A stretch of 64,000 nt of DNA from an uncultured Candidatus Saccharibacteria bacterium (GTDB lineage Bacteria > Patescibacteriota > Minisyncoccia > Phycocordibacterales > UBA2100), in assembly GCA_964545165.1 (NCBI GenBank), contig CAZJEQ010000004.1, forward strand, positions 17,716 through 81,715, read 5' to 3'. Made by a program: the position numbers and the translations under genes. Each line of letters starts with the position of its first letter. The stretch's first letter is position 1. Shown in pieces: positions 57,900 through 64,000 of this stretch. Below the pieces are notes generated by a model. The model was not told the DNA's origin. It made no database searches and worked only from the letters and a program-made list of their open reading frames with translations.

Positions 57900-58979
57900 A
57901 TGATCCGAACACCATTTTTCGACCCTCTCAAGAGTTATGAAGAAAATTACGATACGGGTCCGTTCGGTGCCTTCGCCGATAGTACGCGTGCCGAGTCGGT
58001 AGGCGAGCCGATGCACGAGTTTCTCGGGCAGCCTGTATATCTCCCGCTCGGTATTCCTGCAGGGCCGCTCCTCAACAGCGCGTACTGTGCTGCCGCCTTC
58101 GCCAAAGGGTTCGATATAGCGGTCTATAAGACCGTGCGCAGTGGTATCTTCCCGTGCCATCCATTTCCCAATGTCTTGGCCATTCATCCCGACGGCGATC
58201 TTACGATGGACAAACTGAAATCACCGCTGGTTGCGGATACGACGTATAGCGATCCACTCTCAATCACGAATTCTTTTGGTGTACCGTCGAAAGATCCAAG
58301 TGTGTGGCAGGAGGATGTAAAAAAAGCCATCGCCGCTGCAGGCAAGGGGCAGGTGCTGGTTCTGAGCTTCATGGGTACGGTACGACCCGACCAGTCGCAG
58401 GATGAATTCGTACAAGATTATGTCGACGCCGCTAAGCTCGCTTATGAGACGGGTGCGAAAATTCTTGAGACCAACCTCTCGTGCCCGAATATCGGCAATG
58501 AGGGACTCGTCTGCTACAACCTCGATGTCACCGAAAAGGTCGCCAAAGGGATTCGCAGCGTGATCGGATCAACGCCACTCGTCTTGAAGGTGGGGTATTA
58601 CGCACAAGATGCCGACATGGAGCGTCTCGGTGAAATCGCGAATGCGTATGCCGACGGCGTCTCAGGTATCAACACACTGCAGGCCGAAGTGCGCAACGCA
58701 GCCGGCGAGCAGGCGCTTCCCGGATCTCCCGCGAGACTGCGCTCCGGAGTCTGTGGCGCGGGCATCAAATGGGCAGGGCTCGACTTTGCACGTCGCATGA
58801 AAGCCATCAAAGACAAACGCAGCTTCAGCTTTGCAATCGAAGGTGTGGGCGGTGTGCTCAATGCCGCTGACTATCAGGAATATCGCGCCGCTGGGGCGGA
58901 CAGTGTGATGTCTGCTACCGGCGCCATGTGGAATCCCATGCTTGCTACAGAGATCAAAGCAGAAGTTTTGAATGGATAA
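57900..58979 (+). CDS. dihydroorotate dehydrogenase-like FMN oxidoreductase
   Basis: GIPAGPL, YKT, ETNLSCPN, GINT, SGVCG, GVGGV. Confidence 0.8.
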   Translation: MIRTPFFDPLKSYEENYDTGPFGAFADSTRAESVGEPMHEFLGQPVYLPLGIPAGPLLNSAYCAAAFAKGFDIAVYKTVRSGIFPCHPFPNVLAIHPDGDLTMDKLKSPLVADTTYSDPLSITNSFGVPSKDPSVWQEDVKKAIAAAGKGQVLVLSFMGTVRPDQSQDEFVQDYVDAAKLAYETGAKILETNLSCPNIGNEGLVCYNLDVTEKVAKGIRSVIGSTPLVLKVGYYAQDADMERLGEIANAYADGVSGINTLQAEVRNAAGEQALPGSPARLRSGVCGAGIKWAGLDFARRMKAIKDKRSFSFAIEGVGGVLNAADYQEYRAAGADSVMSATGAMWNPMLATEIKAEVLNG

Positions 58980-59910
58980 ACTCGACGAACGCATCCGGCG
59001 GGCGATTGATGAGAAAGTATTTCCTGGCTGCGTGATCGGATTGTTGCGCGACGGCGAGCGCAACGTGCGCACATACGGTGAATCATATCCCGTGTATGAT
59101 GTCGCCTCGATTACAAAATCCATTCCACTGGCGTCACTCGCGGCGCTTTTTATAGACGCAGGAAAGATTGCACTCAGTGATGTGGTGGTACGTTTCGTCC
59201 CCGAGCTGCAGCACGACTACGAGGCGACCATCGAAGATCTTTTGCGATACCGTGTACACGGTACGCAGATGTCGACACTTCGTTTCGAGACGTTTGAAGA
59301 AATCCGCTCACATGCGCTCGAGCGTGGCTTCGCGGCAGCTCCCGGTGAGTCGCATTATTCCAATTTGCCCGCCTTTGTCCTCGGCATTGGGATAGAGCGC
59401 GTCGGTGGGGCATCGATTGAGACACTCGCGCATGGACATGTCTTCGAGCCGCTTGGTATGACCGAGACGACATTTTTCCCCGCGAAAGATTTGTGCGCCC
59501 CGACGGAAGTTGTCGACGGTGAAGTCATACAGGGCATACCGCACGATGAGAGTGCGCGCGTCTTTGCTCGCGCGCGACGAAGTGTTGGCCATGCGGGACT
59601 GTTCTCCACGGCGGATGATCTTCTTACCTTCGCTTGGCATCTCATCCGTGATTCTGACGGGCCCGTGGCACGGGCGGCTGAGGCGGGTCTTGGATGGCAG
59701 ATTCATGACCCCAGCTTTATGGGCACAGAGGTCAGCGGGCGGACATTTGGTAAAACGGGTTTTACCGGCACGAGCATTCTTGTGGACCCGGAGGGACGAG
59801 CCGCACTCGTGATATTGAGCAACAGGACCTACCCCACGCGTCCGGCCGAAGCATCAGCTGTGAATGCGCTGCGCCGAGATGTTGCTGATATCCTATTCCA
59901 CACGGGGTAG
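58972..59910 (+). CDS. beta-lactamase-like serine hydrolase
   Basis: ASITK (SxxK), YSN, GHAGLFS, KTGFTG. Confidence 0.88.
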   Translation: MDKLDERIRRAIDEKVFPGCVIGLLRDGERNVRTYGESYPVYDVASITKSIPLASLAALFIDAGKIALSDVVVRFVPELQHDYEATIEDLLRYRVHGTQMSTLRFETFEEIRSHALERGFAAAPGESHYSNLPAFVLGIGIERVGGASIETLAHGHVFEPLGMTETTFFPAKDLCAPTEVVDGEVIQGIPHDESARVFARARRSVGHAGLFSTADDLLTFAWHLIRDSDGPVARAAEAGLGWQIHDPSFMGTEVSGRTFGKTGFTGTSILVDPEGRAALVILSNRTYPTRPAEASAVNALRRDVADILFHTG

Positions 59911-59953
59911 GTAGAAACTTGGCTTTTTACCGTTTGCGCCGTACTCTACCTAG

Positions 59954-61774
59954 ATGTGCGGCATTTTTGCGTATACGGGCAAGAAAAACGCAGGCGAGGT
60001 CCTGCTCGACGGACTCGTCTCTCTTGAATATCGCGGCTACGACTCGGCTGGTATCCATGTGCCCGAGAGCGGCTTGATTCGTGCCGTAGGTCCTGTGGCA
60101 CACCTGCGTCGCAAAGTGCCTGCCGGATACTTTGGGCTCAGCGGTATCGCGCACCTGCGCTGGGCTACGCACGGTGAGCCGAATGAAGTGAATGCACATC
60201 CGCACTCGGATTGTGATGGCGAAATCTGGATTGTGCACAATGGCATCATCGAAAATTTTCGCGAGCTCAAAGCTGAGCTTGCTGCGAAGGGACACACCTT
60301 TAAATCTGAGTCTGATACGGAAGTGCTCGCACACCTCATCGAGGATGAAATGAAAAGCGATGCGGATTTTGAGAAAGCCTCGCTCCGCGCATTGAACCGT
60401 GTGCGTGGCACCTACGGGATCGCGATGCAGTACAAGAAAGAGCCGGAGCGCCTCATTGCGGCGCGCATGGGCTCTCCCATTGTGCTCGGTCTCGGCGATG
60501 GTGAGCACTTCATCGCGTCCGATGCCTCGCCGATTTTGCCGCACACCAACAAGGTGGTCTTTCTCGAAGACGGGGAGGTGGCGGTCCTGACGCCCGGTGA
60601 ACATCGCATCTTCAAGCTCGACGCGTCGCAGGTAAAGCGCGATGCCACCGAAATTGAGTGGAGTCCTGAAGAAGCACAGCGCGGCGGCTACGAGCACTTT
60701 ATGCTTAAGGAAATTATGGAGGGTCCCGAGGTGGTAGAAAATTCGGTACGTGGACGCCTGCTTGTCGAAGCGGGCAACGTGAAGCTCGGAGGACTCGAGA
60801 GTGTGGCAGAGCAGCTCGCAAAAATCGATCGCATCATCATTGTCGCGTGCGGGACCGCCTACTATGCGGGGCTGATCGGCGAGTACATGATCGAAGAGCA
60901 CGCGGGAATTCCCGTCGAGGTAGAACTCGGCTCTGAATTCCGGTACCGAAAGCCCGTTATCAATGCACGAACTGCCGTCCTCGCGATTTCGCAGAGCGGT
61001 GAGACGCTCGATACGCTCGAAGCAGTACGTGAAGGGAAGCGCAATGGTGCGCTCGCCCTCGGTATCGTAAACACGGTGGGTTCGACCATTGCGCGCGAGA
61101 CCGAAGCCGGCGTCTATAACCATGCGGGGCCGGAAATCAGCGTGGTCTCCACCAAAGCATTCCTCTCACAGCTCACCGTGCTCTCGCTCCTCACTATTTT
61201 CCTCGGTCGCCAGCGCGGCATGTCGGAGGAGACCGGAAAGAAGCTCGCGGAAGAGCTCAAGCACTTGCCGGAGAAACTCCGCAGTATTCTTGCGCAGGAG
61301 CCCGAGATTAGAGCGCTCGCAGAAAAATACAAAGACAGTCGCGACTTTATGTTTATCGGTCGCAAGTATAATCTCCCGATTGCGTACGAAGGTGCACTCA
61401 AACTCAAAGAATGCTCCTATGTGCATGCCGAAGGGTGCGGTGCAGGGGAGTTGAAGCACGGACACCTCGCCATGATCGATGAGAATTTCCCGATTGTCGC
61501 GATTGCGACCAACGACAGCGTCTATGGCAAGGTCTTCTCTGCTATCCAGCAGGTGAAAGCCCGCAAAGGGCCCGTCATCGCGATTGCGACAGAAGGTAAT
61601 AAAGAGATGGCGGAAGTTGCGGATGACGTGATCTATGTGCCGAAGACGATCGAGATGCTCTCACCGATTCTCAACGTCGTGCCGCTCCAGCTCTTCGCGT
61701 ATCACTTCTCGCGCCAGCGTGGCCTCAATGTCGATCGTCCAAGAAACCTTGCTAAGTCTGTAACTGTTGAGTGA
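59954..61774 (+). CDS. glmS: glutamine-fructose-6-phosphate aminotransferase
   Basis: MCGI, LEYRGYDSAG, HLRWATHG, SQSGET, PRNLAKSVTVE. Confidence 0.97.
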   Translation: MCGIFAYTGKKNAGEVLLDGLVSLEYRGYDSAGIHVPESGLIRAVGPVAHLRRKVPAGYFGLSGIAHLRWATHGEPNEVNAHPHSDCDGEIWIVHNGIIENFRELKAELAAKGHTFKSESDTEVLAHLIEDEMKSDADFEKASLRALNRVRGTYGIAMQYKKEPERLIAARMGSPIVLGLGDGEHFIASDASPILPHTNKVVFLEDGEVAVLTPGEHRIFKLDASQVKRDATEIEWSPEEAQRGGYEHFMLKEIMEGPEVVENSVRGRLLVEAGNVKLGGLESVAEQLAKIDRIIIVACGTAYYAGLIGEYMIEEHAGIPVEVELGSEFRYRKPVINARTAVLAISQSGETLDTLEAVREGKRNGALALGIVNTVGSTIARETEAGVYNHAGPEISVVSTKAFLSQLTVLSLLTIFLGRQRGMSEETGKKLAEELKHLPEKLRSILAQEPEIRALAEKYKDSRDFMFIGRKYNLPIAYEGALKLKECSYVHAEGCGAGELKHGHLAMIDENFPIVAIATNDSVYGKVFSAIQQVKARKGPVIAIATEGNKEMAEVADDVIYVPKTIEMLSPILNVVPLQLFAYHFSRQRGLNVDRPRNLAKSVTVE

Positions 61775-61836
61775 GTTGCGCTCCGCCAGCAGGCGGACTC
61801 GCCAAGTCGGTGACGGTGGAGTAAATATCACCAAAA

Positions 61837-61865
61837 CAAAACGCCGCACTACGTGCGGCGTTTTG
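61837..61865. terminator. bidirectional terminator
   Basis: caaaacgccgcac-tac-gtgcggcgttttg. Confidence 0.75.
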
Positions 61866-61880
61866 GTATCGGTTACGAGA

Positions 61881-62642
61881 TTACTCGCGAATGCCGACTC
61901 GAATTTGTCGAGCGGTGAGTGAGCCATCTGCCTGAGGCGCGCCTTCTGCCTTGATCATCTTGCCGACCGTGAGATCAGCGATGGTGCCGAGCGATGGTCC
62001 TGCTCCGGTAGACGGATAGACCTGGATGCTCGTTGATGCCACCACATTCACGATGCGCGTGTTGCCATCTTTCATCTGCACGGTAATGCTCGAGTTGGCG
62101 CTCGCCGAAATGGTGCCCGCAACTTCTGCCCGATGCATATCCATGATCTGATTGCCGAGTCCCATACCGCAGGCGCGCTCAAAGAAGCCGCGGGTCATCG
62201 GACCTACAGTACCCTCGGTTGTGGAAGCGATACCCATGCGCATCTGGAATTTAGCCATGGCGTTCGCTGTGAGCGGTCCGTAAAATCCCGTGGCCTGGCC
62301 GCGGAAGCCGACTGCCGGATCCTGCGCGAGCAGCTCCTGGAGCTGCTTCACATCCTCACCCTGCGAGCCGGTGCGGAGATCGCGCTTGAGCATGATGCAC
62401 ATCTCTTTGCCCATCTGACCTGGTGGCATCATCGGCCGCTCGGCTTTTTTATCGGTCATGTATTCCGCCTTGACCATCGGCGTTGTCGAGGCGAGCAGTG
62501 TCTTGAGCTGCATCTGCAGCGCCTGGATTTGCGAGAGGATCGACTTCACCTGCACTTCGACTGATGCCGATTGTGCGGAAGCCGCTACGGGCAACATGAG
62601 TGCTGCGGCAGCGATCCCTGTAATAATGTGCTTTGTTTGCAT
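61881..62642 (-). CDS. secreted protein with peptidoglycan-binding and DUF5666-like domains
   Basis: Signal peptide; LRTGSQGEDVKQLQ..TGFYGPLT..KFQ; DLTVG..IKAEG...DGSLTARQI. Confidence 0.8.
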   Translation of the reverse strand: MQTKHIITGIAAAALMLPVAASAQSASVEVQVKSILSQIQALQMQLKTLLASTTPMVKAEYMTDKKAERPMMPPGQMGKEMCIMLKRDLRTGSQGEDVKQLQELLAQDPAVGFRGQATGFYGPLTANAMAKFQMRMGIASTTEGTVGPMTRGFFERACGMGLGNQIMDMHRAEVAGTISASANSSITVQMKDGNTRIVNVVASTSIQVYPSTGAGPSLGTIADLTVGKMIKAEGAPQADGSLTARQIRVGIRE

Positions 62643-62762
62643 AACATCTCTAGCTATTAATAAACGTACGTATAAGTATACTGCTGACTTTCTGGTGGAG
62701 ACGCAGGTCATTGCATAAGAAAACGGGCGCCCGAAGGCGCCCGTTGAATTTTGACGGTCGGC

Positions 62763-63677
62763 TCAGAGAGCGAGCGGACCGTGTACAGAATTGTCGTTGA
62801 TGATCTGTTTTGCGCTGTACTGCACGTAGCCGGTGACCGGCTCGTCGCCGATGGCCAGAATTACGATCTGCGTGTTGTCGCCATAATCGACAAAAGGCGG
62901 CACGAATGTCTGTGCAATGAGCGATCCTTGCTCGTAGCAGCCGCGGAGAAATTTTGCTTTTCCCTGCGGCTTCCCGATGATGACACTCTGCCGTGCTTGT
63001 CGCGCCTCGGGCCCATCCTTGTTGCAGAACTTCAGCACCACATCGCTCGGCACTGCTTCCCAAGGCGTCGTGGAGGCCATGTAGTGCCGAGGAATGCGCA
63101 CACGCTTCCCACCGAGGGCATCCAGACGCTCTTGTTCGAAGCGAGCAAGGTTGCGCTTGTCATCGAGACGCAGGCCGTCGCGCGGCAAGACGCCGAGCGT
63201 CTCGTCGTACGGGACACGCCCGTACACGTAGATCTCATCATCTGCCCACGCCCAGTCCCGGAAGTTGCAGATGTCAGACCGTTCGCCGCGATGACCTTCA
63301 AGTTCGCGCACGAAGAGCTCGAGCTCAGGCAAGTACGCTTCTTCGACCGTGGCGAAGCTGAAGGGGAATCGCAATTTGTTGGGATCGATGGGGATGTTGC
63401 TCGCCCGCGCGAGATTGAGCGCGGTGCCCCAGCCATCAACGAACGCAGCGTTGATCTCGAGGATGGAGAGCGAGTCCTGGTCGAAGTACGCATCGATCCG
63501 GTAGTAGGGCTCCCTCACCTTGAGGAATTTATTGTATGCCCGCAGCATGCGGCGCAATTCCTCGACGAGCGGTGAGGCGAGCGAGACGCCGCGCTCTGAA
63601 ACGCGGTGCCTCGCACCTTCGTAAATACAAGGGGCGACGACGCTTCGATCCATATCGAATGCTTGCAACGTGATCAT
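62763..63677 (-). CDS. hypothetical protein, ATP-grasp / glutathionylspermidine-synthase-like
   Basis: YRIDAY...ILEINAA (RxD...ExN), DDK, VVLK, IAQTFV; GAGGT SD before ATG 63677. Confidence 0.6.
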   Translation of the reverse strand: MITLQAFDMDRSVVAPCIYEGARHRVSERGVSLASPLVEELRRMLRAYNKFLKVREPYYRIDAYFDQDSLSILEINAAFVDGWGTALNLARASNIPIDPNKLRFPFSFATVEEAYLPELELFVRELEGHRGERSDICNFRDWAWADDEIYVYGRVPYDETLGVLPRDGLRLDDKRNLARFEQERLDALGGKRVRIPRHYMASTTPWEAVPSDVVLKFCNKDGPEARQARQSVIIGKPQGKAKFLRGCYEQGSLIAQTFVPPFVDYGDNTQIVILAIGDEPVTGYVQYSAKQIINDNSVHGPLAL

Positions 63678-63727
63678 TTTGACCTCAAAGAACGAGTGAC
63701 TCTTTTCGGCGAGAGCCGAGGCACATA

Positions 63728-63757
63728 GAGAAAAGCCCCCTCCTTGCAGAGGGGGCT
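63728..63757 (-). terminator. leader terminator (attenuator)
   Basis: Minus strand agccccctc-tgcaag-gagggggc-ttttctc, between promoter and CDS. Confidence 0.7.
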
Positions 63758-63783
63758 GATCTGAAATATTGGCGCGCATCAAA

Positions 63784-63843
63784 TCAATCCTCTCTGCATG
63801 AGGGGTGCTGATGCGGGGTCGGGAGTGACCAATACTTGCTCAT
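63784..63843 (-). CDS. putative leader peptide (19 aa)
   Basis: MSKYWSLPTPHQHPSCRED*; ATG 8 nt after TATACT. Confidence 0.5.
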   Translation of the reverse strand: MSKYWSLPTPHQHPSCRED

Positions 63844-63851
63844 ATATTCCG

Positions 63852-63879
63852 AGTATACGTATCTCGCGAAGTGCGTCAA
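63852..63879 (-). promoter_or_regulatory. sigma70-type promoter
   Basis: Minus strand TTGACG-16 nt-TATACT. Confidence 0.65.
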
Positions 63880-63883
63880 TAAT

Positions 63884-64000
63884 TTAGATTTTCACGACCT
63901 CTTCCCACGGACGACCGGCGACGCCGAAGTGGCCGTAGGCGGCGGTCTCCTTGAAGATCGGGCGGGTGAGGCCGAGGCGCTCGATGATGGCCCGTGGGCG
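63884..64000 (-). CDS. metK: S-adenosylmethionine synthetase, C-terminal fragment
   Basis: [38 protein letters not shown] matches the MetK C-terminus. Confidence 0.9.
   Translation of the reverse strand, partial: RPRAIIERLGLTRPIFKETAAYGHFGVAGRPWEEVVKI

Noticed and set aside
59911-59953. glmS ribozyme
   Set aside because: The intergenic region is only 43 nt, and the gene appears leaderless (TACTCT-6nt-ATG).
59927-61123. Long antisense ORFs (e.g. 398 aa opposite glmS, 359 aa opposite guaB/EEP, 315 aa opposite the ABC ATPase)
   Set aside because: These are shadow frames of GC-rich conserved genes with no recognisable motifs.

Overview
This is a gene-dense window from a Patescibacteria/CPR genome, most likely Parcubacteria (Paceibacteria/Kaiserbacteria-like). 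That assignment is inferred from gene content, short proteins, a type IV pilus locus with no secretin in the window, and many apparently leaderless genes. It uses standard code 11: TGA is a stop and RF2 is present. Contents: comF; a type IV pilus/competence cluster (pilM/N/O, pilB, response regulator, pilT, pilC, pilin, pilD, four minor pilins); ligA-gatC-gatA; six tRNAs; mntH; prfB; ftsEX; pyrG; guaB; maf; an ABC-F ATPase; a cyclophilin; several peptidoglycan-binding surface proteins; typA; msrB; a class F sortase; glmS; and the 3' end of metK. No transposase, integrase, CRISPR array or prophage was seen. The most unusual signals are non-coding. (1) A dispersed, covarying two-hairpin repeat (5 units at 3 loci) whose right end always runs into the -10 box of a leaderless gene. 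(2) A second covarying structured element embedded in-frame in the leader peptides of two minor pilins. (3) A ~165-bp structured element behind tRNA-Gln carrying both an antisense and a direct copy of the tRNA 3' end. (4) A leader-peptide/attenuator-like region upstream of an ATP-grasp-like gene. Several small proteins below the ORF-track cutoff were also found. All protein family calls come from motif recognition by eye, not from database searches.
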